64,000 bases of DNA, from assembly GCA_951406725.2 (NCBI GenBank), contig OX597826.1, forward strand, positions 21,514,001 through 21,578,000, written 5' to 3'. The first letter of the stretch is position 1, and the number at the start of each line of letters is the position of its first letter. This DNA is from Octopus vulgaris. Taxonomy: Eukaryota. The translations under genes were made by a program, and so were the position numbers. Of the stretch, positions 13,013 through 26,030 are shown in pieces. The notes under the pieces are model-generated. The model worked only from the letters and a program-made list of their open reading frames with translations. It searched no databases and was not told the origin of the DNA.

Positions 13013-13539
13013 CATTAGTATGTTATTTATATTCAGGTGCATGTGAGGCTGTATGGCTGTCATGTAAATGTATGTATGTATATATAGGTATGTTTGTGTG
13101 TGTGTGTATGTGTGTGTGTTTGTGTGTGTGTATGTGTTTGTGTTTATGTGTGTGTGTATGTGTGTATATGTATGTGTGTGTGTGTGTTTGTGTGATTGTG
13201 TGTGAGGAGAGGTGCCACTGTTTCTGTGTCGCTGCTTCTGTGGCTTGAGATCAGATGATAGCTGTAAATGAGTGTCACACCATGCAAGTTGTGTCCTTCT
13301 TTTTCAATATTCTGTGAAATCATGTCTGGTTCTGAGGTGAATATGACAGGAAGGGCATCCAGCTGTAAAAAATCCACTCTAACAGCTTCCCTCTGATGCA
13401 TGGAAGAATAAACATTAAACAATGATGATAATGATGATATATATATATATATATATATAAAATTGATAAATAAAACATATGCATATATATATACATATAT
13501 GTATGTACCTACCTCTACATGTATATATACTTGCATATA

Positions 13540-14025
13540 TGGGTACAGGACACCAAAAAAAACATCAAACACAATGAAAAACGAAAACATAAACACAAAA
13601 CCAAGCAACCGGACATTTTTCTTAAACAACGAAAAAATAGAGTACAGGACAAATAACACAAGGAAAATTCCCCTTCTTCAGTCGCCATGGTTTCATCTAC
13701 TCTGCGTTTTGAAACTTTCCTTCCCGTGAAAAGCAAATTAAATAAAATTTGAGATCTTTTTGCGGAGGGGTAAAAATGGTAACAAAAACAGGACAGTAAC
13801 AACAGTACAAAATATAAACAGTAAAAGGCAGGACAAGGAGAATAACAATGTTAAGCCGAATGAGATAAAGCTATTTTTGAGAATGGTGAAGGAGCAACAG
13901 AAAATGCCGTCTACACTTGAAGGAAGCCAGGTCAGAAAGACAGTAGTAGGGCTCTCGTCGCGGGTCAATGATGGGAGGGAGGAGGAGGAGCAAGAGGAAG
14001 GGAGAAAAAAAGAAGGGAATGGTTG
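13540..14025. mobile_element. Interspersed repeat between (TA)n tracts, possibly Penelope-like
   Basis: Strand-biased A-rich block bounded by (TA)-rich repeats. Architecture resembles 58862-59283; no diagnostic protein motif. Confidence 0.35.
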
Positions 14026-14027
14026 TA

Positions 14028-14066
<39 letters not shown>

Positions 14067-14069
<3 letters not shown>

Positions 14070-15010
14070 GAGGGGAGTACCCAAAAGTAACTGGAAACGT
14101 TCTTGATGGGACAAATTCATTGTAGTTCAGGCTTCTACCACTAGAAACCACTTGACTCAACCCTCAGGCATCAGATGAAGTTGTACTGCCACATGGTGTG
14201 TCTTTGTTTTGCAGTACTTCTCACCTGTTCATTTATTTTTGCAATGGCTGAAATGAAGGAACACCATGCTTCCATGAAACTCCGTTTTTTGCTGGGGAAA
14301 ATGGTGCCTGAAGCAGTTGCATGCTTCAAATAGATTACAAGGACACTGCCATGAGCAAAAGACAAGTTTACAACACGTTTTCATGCTTTAGGAATGGTCA
14401 CTTGTTGCAAACAAATGAAAAGTGGGAATTATTGATATTAAGAATTAGTTTTATTTTTGCAGGAAATTTCCTGATAAATTATTTCAGAATCCCTCACAAA
14501 ATTATTTTGATTTTGGGAGAGTGAAAACATGAAAATTCATTGGATGACCATTACCAAACAATTGACAAACTTGTTGGTATGATTCGTGTGGCCTGGAGTT
14601 TGCGCCATAGAATTTTGAGCAAGGAATTGTGAATGAAAAGAGTTTTAACAAAATTTGTGCCTAATCTGCTGATGGAAGATCAAAAGCAGTCATTACTGAA
14701 TGCGTGTCATGAACTGAAAGAACTGTTGGAAGTTGATCCAGACCATTTTTCAAAGATCATCATTGGTGATGAAAGCAGGTGATACGGAACTTGCTGATGT
14801 GGAAGAGGTGAAGAAACACCAACAGAGATGTTAAAAGGCATCACTTCGCAAGAGTTCCAACATTGCTCTGAATAATGGAAAACATGCCTGGACCGATGTA
14901 TTGCTTGAAATGGAGAAAACCTGAAAGCAATAAAAAGGGTAAACATGTAAAACTAAATGAATAAATTAACATTGCAAAATTCCAGTTTCTTTTGAGTGTC
15001 CCCTTCAATA
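14067..15010 (+). mobile_element. Defective mariner transposon
   Basis: Imperfect TIRs tacgaggggagtacccaaaagtaactggaa / ttccagtttcttttgagtgtccccttcaata. Transposase remnants MAEMKEH..MK.RFLLGK, KFVPNLLMEDQK, KIIIGDES and WKTCLDRCIA. Confidence 0.85.
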
Positions 15011-15115
15011 TATATATATATATATATACAGTCCCCGGTCGAACCGTCCAACCCATGCTAGCACGGAAAACGGATGTTAAACAATGATGATGATATATAT
15101 CACAGAACAATACAC

Positions 15116-15195
<80 letters not shown>

Positions 15196-15346
15196 CACAT
15201 ATCAGCTCTTCAACAGTTTTGACCAAAATGCCACAGCCATTTGGAAAAGTGATGTCTCCATTACTTGTTGAATGCTCTCATTTCCCAGATCCAGGCGCTG
15301 AGCAGCAAATCTTCCAGCATTCAAATCTCTGACTAAACTGACTCTG

Positions 15347-15445
15347 TTGAAAGTCTTATCTGGTCAAAGTCCAATCTGGCAGAAAGTCCAATTTGGGCTA
15401 AAAGTCCATTTTGGGCTGAAAGTCCAATTTGGTCCAAAAGTTTAG
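15347..15445. repeat. Short minisatellite, about five units of ~17-19 bp (aaagtccaatttgg core)
   Basis: Direct reading. Confidence 0.75.
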
Positions 15446-15960
15446 TTCTTCAATATTTCTTTCCAAGTGCTTCAATTCACAAATTTTGCAGAACTTTGAA
15501 ACCTCGTAAATACAAAACTTCTCACTCTAACTTGGATCTAGTTTTAAATGGAGTGAATTGAAAATATTTTTTGAATTCACAAAGTTTTGGTATTACTTTA
15601 AATTTAATTTAAATGAAAATCTTGTAAGTTCACAAATTTTGGGAGTTCTAAAATTTGAATTTTCAACTGTTAGCATATAACAAACAAATGCTCATCCAGA
15701 CCTGAGCCCAATGCTGGATGTTCAAGAACCAAATGAAGGTCAGATTTTCAATCCCAAGATCGTTCTGATTCCAAAAAGGTATAATATGTCTATGTACAAC
15801 AAATATAGACTGAGATACTGGGATCTCGGATGGATAGACATAGAATTTCATGTTTATTATAATGGATAAATTTATAAATATATTTATATGTGACCACGTG
15901 TGTATCGTTGGCGATTTTTTTTCCTCCATCTTCCCTTCCTTGGATCTTTCCTTTTTCTAT

Positions 15961-15995
15961 GTTTCTGATGAAGAGCTCCGCTCGAAACGTTAAAT
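15961..15995 (+). ncRNA. Minimal type I hammerhead ribozyme (Penelope-type) inside a ~200-bp repeat (about 15900-16096)
   Basis: GTTT-CTGATGA-A-GAGC(TCC)GCTC-GAA-ACGT-T-AAAT: intact core, stem II GAGC/GCTC, palindromic stem III ACGT, short stem I. Confidence 0.65.
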
Positions 15996-16139
15996 CCTCC
16001 TTTCTTTCCTTTCCTGAGCATCCAATAACACTGTACTTGTTCCACGACCTCGCGTTGTTGTGTTTTCTCTTTGTGTTTTCATGTTTGGATTAACTTTATA
16101 TATATATATATATTTGTATGTGGATACTCACACACACAC

Positions 16140-16500
16140 GGACACACCTGAAGCTAGTATACTCCACTGGATGTGCAATGCCAGTGTGCATGTATGGCAG
16201 AATGTAAGGGTCTTAAGAGAAAAATTGGGTGTAAGGGGGCATCAGATATAGTGTGCATGAGAGAAGACTTCACTGGCGTGGTGATGGGTATGGATGTGGA
16301 CAGCTACATAAAGAAACGCCAATCTGTAACTGTGGACAGAACCTGCAGGAGAGGTAGATCCAGAAAGATGTGGGATGAGTTGGTGAAATATGATCTGTGA
16401 ATGTTGAGAATCATGGAGGTGATGACACCTGACTGAAACTTCTGTCGATTTCTTGTGCTTGAGAAGACATGTGAAGCTAAGTGAAATCAGAGCTGTGGCC
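16140..16500 (+). mobile_element. RTE-clade LINE 3' fragment
   Basis: EASILHWMCN, LREKLGVRG and GRSRKMWDELVKYDL. Confidence 0.8.
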
Positions 16501-16631
16501 AGTAGCAGTGGCACATATGTAGCACCACACATGTAGTTGGTGACATGTGTGAAGTTCTTGTGACTGGGGACACATGAAATGAACCTATGCCAGTGATATG
16601 TAAAATGTACACATTGTGGTGATAACGGAAT

Positions 16632-16664
<33 letters not shown>

Positions 16665-16695
16665 CAGAGAGAGATAGATAGATAGATAGATAGAT

Positions 16696-17885
16696 ATGTT
16701 TCTTTATTGGTCACAGAGGGCTGAACACAGAGGGACAAAATACAAAGTAGAGCTTTTCTTTTTGGGAAGGAAAAAAAAGGGCAGAGGGGGTAGAATTTCG
16801 ATCAAAAGGGATCATGAAAAAAATGGTGGGGGAAGCCGACCAATAGGGATCGTGTATCACAGAAATGTTATAGTGTAAAATGGGAAGCAGACTAGGATTA
16901 TCCGTGGAAAGAAAAGCCTACGGAAAAGACCACTGTAACCTTGGGCAATAATGTCGTGCAAAAAACACATTACAGTAAGCGACTCTCTTTTTTGCCATTC
17001 TTTTTCTGGTTCATAGGATTATGCTCAAGGTGGCTCCGTCATTCACACATGCCATCCTTGCTACATTCACCCATCTTTGTTTGAAATATTCACTAGACAA
17101 AACTTGTCTCTCTACTCTCACCTTTTTCTTCAAGTGATACTTGAAGAAGTTGATGAGAGATTGACCAGAGAGGAAAGTGTTTGTCTCTAGACCTTTCAGA
17201 CATGTCCACCGTACACATTCCTTCACCATAGCCACAAGTACGATGAAAATGGCTCTTCCTTCCCGTTTCAAGGAAGGAGGCATGACAATATTCACGATAG
17301 ACTCTGTTGATAAACTGACTCATCCTACATGTGATAGCAGTCGTTTGACATAGGCCCACAGGTCAAAAATGGTTGGACACTGTACAAGTGTGTGCAGAAT
17401 GGTTTCCTCGCTCTGACTGCATTATGGGTAGGTTGGCCCTGTATTTCTCGAGCCATGCCTGTAGAGCTTATCCTGAATGGGTAGTGCTTCTCGATAGCAC
17501 TATCAGGCCAGTTGTCCATAGGTCATGTCCCGAAAGTTGTCTTGAACAGGCAGGTCAGGTATTCCTCATCGACGCCCAGTTTCACTCCGAGATAGTCGTT
17601 GTACCTCCCCTCCACTAATCTCCTAAAGAATGCTTTGGTTGTGTTGCACTTGCTCAAGGTTGACCCAGGATGGCATAGTTGCTCAAGAACACCATGACAC
17701 TCATTTTCCCTTCCTCAGCCTCTTTTTGATCCATGACTGCAGTTCAGTCATAGAGACAAGCTGCAGGAAAGCATGCCTCACAAACAGCGACCACACCTAT
17801 TCACCGTTGTCCATGTAAAGCCAGAGATGTCGCAGTCTGCGCATCATCAACCATGGCATGCCCAGTCCTCCTTTTAATGGGTGTT
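16696..17885 (-). mobile_element. Tx1/L1-clade LINE, copy 2 (5'-truncated)
   Basis: Homologous to 5277-6540 (SGQSLINFFKYHLK..VRVERQVLSSE). 3' end abuts (GATA)n 16633-16695; 5' end abuts agatagacagacag. Confidence 0.9.
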
Positions 17886-17898
17886 AGATAGACAGACA

Positions 17899-18012
17899 GC
17901 CTTTCATCCTTTCAGGGTCAATAAATTAAGTACCAGTTACGCACTGGGGCGATCTAATCGACTGGCCCCCTCCCCCAAAATTTCGGGCCTTGTGCCTAGA
18001 GTAGAAAAGAAT
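17899..18012 (+). mobile_element. Meta-core SINE, 5'-truncated
   Basis: gcctttcatcctttcagggtcaataaattaagtaccag...gtagaaaagaata. Confidence 0.8.
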
Positions 18013-18549
18013 ATGAAGTTCTTGAGAAGACCCACCCACCTCAGTGAAACTGAGTCCTGGCGGCACTTTGTATTCCATCCACATCTAACATTAATTCACA
18101 CACCCCACCCAAATCAACCAAACTACATCTCTTCTTCTTCAGGTACAATGCTTATCTCTCCCTCCATGTTTCTGTTGCCCAACACATCACTCCGTTATCT
18201 CTCTCTCCCGGTCCTCCTTTTACCACCTGTATCATTGCCATCCTGTTGCCACCCTCTGCTTCATACACCCGTGTTCCACCACTCACTGTATCTCTCCCTT
18301 CCCCTTCCCTCCTTCCTTTTGCATCTTTATGAACTTCCTACTCATGCACCCTGGGCACAATCCTCTACCATCCCATTTACATTCACATCCTTCTACCTTG
18401 AGAGTACGCCCTGGCACATCGCCACTCTCTCTCTCTCTCTCTTACTCTCACTCTCCCTTTCACTCTCTTTTGCTCTCCTCACTCTTTCCCTCTCACTGGG
18501 TAACCATGTATCTCCTCTCGCTGGCACACATCCACCTCCCCAACTTTTA

Positions 18550-19385
18550 GTTGAGGGACCTTTCATTTGCAAGTTACTGGGCACCTCACTGGTGTCGATG
18601 CCAAATAAAAATCATCCACTCTGTAAAGTTGTTGGTGTCAGGAAACACATCCAGCCTTGGAAACCATGCCAAGAGAGACAGCACAGTTTCCTGCAGTCTC
18701 CTGTCAAACTGTCCAGCCTTTGCCAGCATGGCAGTTGGATGTTGAAGGGGATATATATATATATAAGTGTGTGGCTGTGTGGTAAGAAGCTTGCAGGTTT
18801 AGTCCCACTGCATGGTACCGTGAGCAAGTGCTTTCTAGTATAGCGTCAAGCCATTGTGAATGGATTTGGTAGACAGAAACTGAAGGAGGCCCGTTGTATG
18901 TGTGTATGTGTGTCTTTGTTTATCCCCCCACCATCACTTGACAACCAATGTTGGTGTGTTTATGTCCCTGCAACTTAGTGGTTTCGCAAAAGAGACAGAG
19001 AAATATTACACTCATTACACTCTCAGAGTGGTTGGCATTAAGAAGGACATTCAACCGTAGAAAACCATACTAAATCAGACTGGAGTCTGGTGCAGCCTTC
19101 CAGCTTGCCAACCCTGGTCAAATCATCCAACCCATGGACAACAGATGTTAAATGATTATGATGATGATGAAGGCAGCAAGCTGACAGAATCATTAGCATG
19201 CTACGTGAAATGTTTAGCGATATTTCATCTGTTGCTATGTTCTGAGTTCAAATTCCACCAAGAAACTTTGCTTTTCATCCTTCTGGGGTCAATAAATTAA
19301 GTACCAATGAAACACTGGGGTTGATGTAATTGTCTAGTCCCCTCCCCCAAAATTGCAGGCCTTGTGCCTATAGTAGAAAGGATTA
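18550..19385 (+). mobile_element. SINE cluster: two RTE-tail fragments (about 18550-18745, 19015-19170), a tRNA-SINE (18767-19000) and a Meta-core SINE (19170-19385)
   Basis: Shared motifs ggttggcattaagaaggacattc...ccaacccatg, gtggctgtgtggtaagaagcttg and aggcagcaagctgacagaatcattagc. Confidence 0.7.
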
Positions 19386-19696
19386 TTATTATTGTCATTA
19401 TCCTCTTCTTTCAATTTTGTTTCCATTTCTTGCCAAGTGCCTTCCCAACACCTAGGGCAAAGAAACTCACTGTAATCATTGGTAGGCCATTAAGATAAGC
19501 ATGTATGTATGTATGTATGTTTATATAGACACACAGTTTATCTTAAGTGTAATGAGACACAATATGAATAGATCTCCAACTTGTTCAACCAACTTATTAC
19601 CATTTAGTTTAGAGCAGAGATAAAACACTTCCCTCTTTAATAAATTCAATTAACCAGTATAGATGATATCAAACAAGCTAGACATTCATATCATCC

Positions 19697-19737
<41 letters not shown>

Positions 19738-20363
19738 GTTATTAGTATTATTAACCCAGACGGTGTTTATTTATAGTTTACAAACATTAGCTTTCTTCTT
19801 TTGTTTAAGAGGCCAAATTTCAATAAGGAAATTTCTGGAACAATAAACTATGGAACTCAATACGTTTGTTGTTCTTAGGAACAATGAGAACAGTTTCAAG
19901 TCCCAGCAGTAACTTTGCAACACTTTTCACCCCACTGGGTTTTAATAAAACAGCAACAGGAAACATTACAGCAATATGAGATTAACTTATGGTGTTTAGT
20001 ATTAAAATATCACTTGTTGTTGCTTAGCCTTAGGCCTGATTAAACAGCATTAATATCAAAGGCAGTCCACCCATGACCATCCTATACATACATACATACA
20101 AACAAAAATACCTTGTTGTTGATGCTGAAATTGCAATGAAGGGGCCTTGGATCTAGGTTAGAAGCCAGCTCTTTCTCTATTGGCAAGAAATCTTGAAATA
20201 AAACTGAATAATGACATAAATACATGAATTTTAACAAAGGTTGAAAGTGACTTCAAAGTTTCTCCTTGCTTGTTATCGTCAGATATCAAATTTATCAATT
20301 TGTCAATAAAAAAGGAACAAAGAAATCAATACATGTGGTAGAAGGTATTATTTATATAAATTA

Positions 20364-20933
20364 TATTGGGTTGTCCGGAAAGTTCATGCCGATTTATAGT
20401 AGCTTACCTTTCGACTTATTTTAGAACATGGTTGTGTCCATAAAATAGGATTTCACTACACCTCCATTTGGAGCACAGTTTAAGCTATCTTTTCATGGAA
20501 GAAGGTTTATGTTCCTATAACCTGTGTTAATTCTGTAACCCTTTAAAATGGAAGATAAGAAAGTTCATTTTCGGCACTTGATGCTATGAGAACCAGATAA
20601 AAATTGCTGCAGCTCGGCTGGGATATGTTACCCCACCCTCCATTTTCCCCAGATATTGCTCCTTCAGATTTCCACTTATTCAGGTCTCTGCAGAATAGTC
20701 TTAATGGTAAAAATTTCAATTCCTTGGATGATGTAAAAAGATACCTTGATGAAGTCTTTGCCATGAAACCACCTCAATTCTGGAAAGAGGGTATTTTCAA
20801 GTTAAAGGAAAGATGGAGATGCATTGTGCAACAAAATGGTTCATATTTGGTTGATTAAAAATGTAATGGCAAGTATTTATTGACCTTTTTCTTTCCTTTA
20901 CAAATCGGCACAATCTTTCCAGACAACCCAATA
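20364..20933 (+). mobile_element. Internally deleted mariner element with both TIRs and TA ends
   Basis: TIRs tattgggttgtccggaaagttcatgccgattt / aaatcggcacaatctttccagacaacccaata. N-terminal MEDKKVHFRHLML fused to C-terminal PHPPFSPDIAPSDFHLFRSLQNSL...KLKERWRCIVQQNGSY. Confidence 0.93.
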
Positions 20934-22108
20934 TTTCCTTCTCTCGTAACTTGAGTTTTACAATCTTCAGGCAAGAACTCTCTTCAGACTCATTTCTTAA
21001 ACATTGAACTAATTTCATTCTTTTTTTTTCTGTGTTTTTTTCCTTTGGCAGTTTTTCTTTTTATTATTTATTGCATTATTGTCTTTCTGATACTGTTTTC
21101 TTTTGTTTTTGTTTTACAGTTTTCACTCTATTTTTTCATCATGTCATGTGTTGTTTGTAGAATGTTTTCATTGGTTTTATTGCTATTTGTTTATTTGTTG
21201 TTGTCTTTCCTTGAATTTGTATCATTTTTATTTCATTATTTTATTCTTCATTTCCTGTCTTTTGCTAATTTTGAGTTTGTTCAGTCTTTATATCCAGTTC
21301 AGTTGTTTTTTTTTTTCTTTTACTTCAACAATTTTCTTTTTCTGAAGCTATTTCCGTTTTTTTTTTGTTTTTGTTTTTTTTTTCTAGCCCTGCCTTACTG
21401 GTTGCTCAAGATGTGCTCAGGTGTTTCTAATATCCTGTTTATCTTGTCTCAACCATCGAAACTCGAGTCCTGAATGAATGAAGTTCACTTCAAATAAGTG
21501 TGTAAATGTGTGCATGTGTGTGCACCCAGAGCACTCTTTCACCTCCACCACCACCACCACCACTACCACCACCACTACCACTACCACCACCACCATCTGT
21601 TAATACTGCAAACCCAAAAGTACCAACTCCATAAAAGTGCCACCATTGATGGACTGTGCCCCTTGCACCCCTACCACTAGTTATGCAACTGGTATGTGCA
21701 TGTGCGTATGTGTGTGTGTGTGTGTGCGTGAAGTTCTCAATGTTATTTACACCTATAATTTTCACTCCACCATTTCCGGTTGCAAACAAATATAAACAAA
21801 AACAATTTTTCTTTCTGCAAACAGAAACCTTGTTGTGACTGGTTTCATGTTGGAGACTCATTTGACAACATTTGACAACATTTGCCTTCAAAGAAAGATT
21901 GAAGATCGCACAGAGCTATTTAGACTCAACAGAAAGAGGCAATCTAATTTGCATAGCAGTATAATCATTAACAATGTGTTTAATTAATTAACAATGTTGT
22001 AAATTAATTAACTAGTTATTATTTAATATTTGTTAATGAATTAATTAACAGAGTTTATCAATAATCTGAAATCTCTGTTTGATGACAGGGTGAGAAGCAT
22101 GTCGTTTT

Positions 22109-22348
22109 ATTTTCAAATTTGGGCACAAGACCAGCAGTTTTGGGTGAGGTATTGACCCCAGTGTGTAACTGGTACTTATTTTATTGACCCCAAAAGGGTG
22201 AAAGGCAAAGTCAATCTTGGTGGAATTTGAACTTAGAATGTAAGGATGGACAAAATGCTGCTAAACATTTTGCCGAGCATCCTAAAGATTCTGCCAGCTC
22301 AGCACTTTGAGAATAATAATAATAATAATAGTAATAGTAATAATAATA

Positions 22349-22383
<35 letters not shown>

Positions 22384-22600
22384 ATTGGTTTCAAATTTTG
22401 GCACAAGACCAGTAATTTCAAGGAAGGGGGTAAGGTCGATTAGATTGAACCCAATGCGTGACTGGTACTTATTTTATCAACCCAGAAAGGATGAAAGGCA
22501 AAGTCGACCTTGGCAGAATTTGAACTCAGAACATCAAGACAGAAGAAATGCTGTTAAGCATTTTGCCCTGTGGGCTAATGACTCTGCCCACTCACTGCCT
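22109..22600 (-). mobile_element. Two tandem Meta-core SINE copies (22109-22305, 22387-22600)
   Basis: ctggtacttattttat...gaaaggcaaagtcgaccttggcagaatttgaactcagaac, the reverse complement of the core. Confidence 0.85.
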
Positions 22601-22668
22601 CAAACACACATCTTATCGATTTTGAAAAGATATCTGAGCCACATTATATAACTGCAATACAGGGACAT

Positions 22669-22699
<31 letters not shown>

Positions 22700-23406
22700 T
22701 GCATGCATTCACACATACACACATGCAGAGAAACTTTTTTTAAAGTGAATCTCGTTAAAAAAGAAAGCAAAAGAAACAGAAAAGAGTAATTCATTTGTGT
22801 TCGAAACCCATGTTGTTATTGTTGTCATTTAATCTCAGCTCAATGTTGACTCTGATCAAAGAAGTTTCAACCATGACCATCTCCACCAGGGACTATATGT
22901 CCTTCTTTTTTTTAAGTCATTAGTATGAGATACAGCTGTTATTATTTGAATAATGGTCGACTACATAGAGGTCTCCTCGCACTGTTGATGTGTTTCTAAC
23001 CAAACCCAACAAACGTTGGATCAGTTGAAAAAGTTCTTTAGAATAATATTTCATGATATATTTTCCTCTAAGAGATTTACTCTTGATATGTTTATCAACA
23101 ACAACATAAAAAATTGATCTTCCATTCCATTTTATGTGGTTCTTGGAAGAGAAACAACGAACTCTCGTTGACAGTCTGATATTTCTGATGTGTTACATGT
23201 TGATATATTCGGCAAGATTACCATCAACATCTTCCGTGTTTGTATGTCAATATTTCAAATGCCATCAGTTCTAACCTTCAAATGACGTCTTTGTTAGATT
23301 TACCCAGCCTTAAATATGAAACATGATTTAACAAACAACAAACATGAATGAAATGATTTAGAGATCCACATTTAAATATCACACACACACACACACACGT
23401 GCGCAT

Positions 23407-23476
<70 letters not shown>

Positions 23477-24875
23477 CTTTCTATTCACTACTTCCTGGCC
23501 AGTGCCTATCTTCTTCCATGTATTTTATTTTTCTTTAGTATTATTTCTTTATTATTTTTATTTTACTGTAGTATATGTCTTGTTCTTTCTCCTGCAGTAT
23601 ATCTCTCCTGATTAAATGGTTTGTATATAAAAGCTATCAACGTGTAATTGAGACAGTGTTTTTTTTTTATTCTTCATCCCAAACCACTGCAGTGAAACTA
23701 AATCAGACAAAACTACAAACTCTCTTCTACCAAACATGATGCCAGTTTAGGGTTTCACTCAAAACTCTTTGAGGTCTGCAGAAAAACATTTGTGGCTTCA
23801 TTAAAGGTGGAACGGTTGCACTAGTAACATTTGTGAGTTGTCCTTAGAGACTGAAATGAATGGGAACATGACAGTTCAGAGATTTCTGTTTGTAGTAAGT
23901 AGCAGACAGGGGTAGAAGTGGGTATTTGGAGCTAGGGGTAAGTTAAGGTCCAAGAGGCTGAGACTGGGAAGATGGGACTACACACTCTAAGCCAGCCATC
24001 TACTGAAAAGGAGCAGAATGCTACCCTCACTATTTCAGTCATTGTAATAAGTCAAGATATTCATTTATTCTCAGACCAAAGATTGGTTTTAATGTCTGCA
24101 GAAAAGAGGTAGGACGGGATGTGAGAGTTCAAATATAGAAAGGACAGCAGTAAAAACCCTGATGGTGACCAACAAACTCAACATCACATCCTTTCCCTCC
24201 AAATTCACTTGGCCATCCTACACTGTTGCTCTCAATCCATCTACCCAGGCCACCCCAACCTCTCCCAATCTACCCAGCCTTCTTACCTCTCCCAATATGC
24301 ATGTCCCCTAATGCAATATTTGACAACAGCAAAAATAGGAAATGTATTATTAGAAGTAAAAGGGCTCCATCCAAGCTACTGCACCAAATTTATTTATCTC
24401 TGACCATTGTATTTATGCATGGAATGATGTTTGTTTATTAAGAGATGTTTGTAATAGTGTAGACTGCCATCAAAAACTTAATATAACATGAGATAAATGT
24501 TTGCAAAATCTTTTGAGTGTTACTGATAAGGAATCAAGGAAAATATGTAAAGCAATATCAATGAATGTAAACAAAGAACAAATATTTTGTATTTTTAGGT
24601 TGTTTAAGGATCTTATTTTTGGGAAAAAATTCCCTTTTCAAACAGGAGAAAGAAAAAAGTCAAAGAGTTTGGAGATGGGAGACCATTCCAGTGATATGAT
24701 AGAAAATCACGAAATAGTTCTATTCTACAATAATACAAAAATTTCACTATATTTATATTCCTATAATCTGAAATATTTCTAATTAATACCGAAATTTATC
24801 ATCCTTGTTATTTAGTGCCCACTCCCTATGTTGGTCATACAGATGACATGAGTCAGGCAAAATTATGGTAAGAAT

Positions 24876-25082
24876 TACGGTAGAATTGTTAGCATACCAG
24901 GCAAAATGCTTTGCAGCATTTCATTCATCTTTGCATTCTGAGTTCAAATTCAAGTAGACGGTCAACTTTATCTTATATCCATTTGGGGTCATTAAAATAA
25001 GTACCAGCTGTGTACTAGGGTTAATGTAATTGACTTACTCCTCCCTTGAAATTGCTGGCCTTGTGCCAAAATTTGAAATCAA
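24876..25082 (+). mobile_element. Meta-core SINE
   Basis: ttctgagttcaaatt...ggggtcattaaaataagtaccag...ggccttgtgccaaaatttgaaatc. Confidence 0.75.
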
Positions 25083-25656
25083 TATTTTCCCTAATAAACA
25101 ACACATATAGTTTCCATCTCTATCTCACACCATTTTCCAGTCTTGGAGGTTCTCCAGAAACCATGGCCATCACCTTTTATCTATCATAAGATAGATTTAT
25201 AAGTTCAGCAGGAGAATATTTTTTTTTTCATATTTGAAGAAACTGTCTCAAGAAAACAATTGGCAGAAGCTGAATGATTTTAGTTCTGAGTTGGAAATGA
25301 CTCATGAGTTGTGGAAATAAGGAAAATAATTAGGTGTGAAATGAAGAAATTAGAAGATGTAAATAGTGAATATACCTCTAACTTGAGATATTAAAGAGGA
25401 TGTGACTAGACAGCCATGAGAAAAAATTAGCAAATTAAGTCTTTGTATAAAATTTCTGAAATAAACCTTAATTAATAGACTTCATAAAACATTACAAAGA
25501 AATATTCGTATCACCACCACCTCCACCATCTGTATCTCTATCACAACCACCACCACTACCCCCTCCCCAAATATCATTATTCTTGTTGCAGTCATCATCA
25601 TGTTTCCTGATTATGAAATAATGTAATTGCTGAGGAGATAAAACAAAATAATAAAG

Positions 25657-25797
25657 CATCATAACTATCATCACCATCATCACCACCATCGTCGTCGTCG
25701 TCATCATCATCATCATCATCATCATCATCACCACCACCATCATCACCATCACCATCACCATCATCATCATCATCATCATCACCATCATCATCTTCAC

Positions 25798-25841
<44 letters not shown>

Positions 25842-26030
25842 CCACCGCCATCATCATCATCATCATCATTATCATCATCATCATCATTGTCACCACCACC
25901 ACCACCACCACTGCCGCCGCCGCCACCACCGCCACCACCACACCACCACCACCATCATCATCATCATCGTCATCGTCATCGTCACCACCACCACCACCAC
26001 CACCACCACCACCACCATCATCAACATCAT
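25657..26030. repeat. Compound (CAT)n/(CAC)n microsatellite
   Basis: Direct reading. Confidence 0.95.

Noticed and set aside
13655-13685. Minus-strand CTGAAGA followed by a small hairpin (possible hammerhead)
   Set aside because: No GAAA, stem III or NUH in the correct position after the hairpin.
15347-15445. Short regularly spaced repeats resembling a CRISPR array
   Set aside because: Units are adjacent with no unique spacers, the context is eukaryotic and there are no cas genes.
17881-18843. Longest ORF in the track (320 aa)
   Set aside because: Runs across a SINE, an RTE tail, a CT-rich low-complexity tract and two more repeats; no domain signature.
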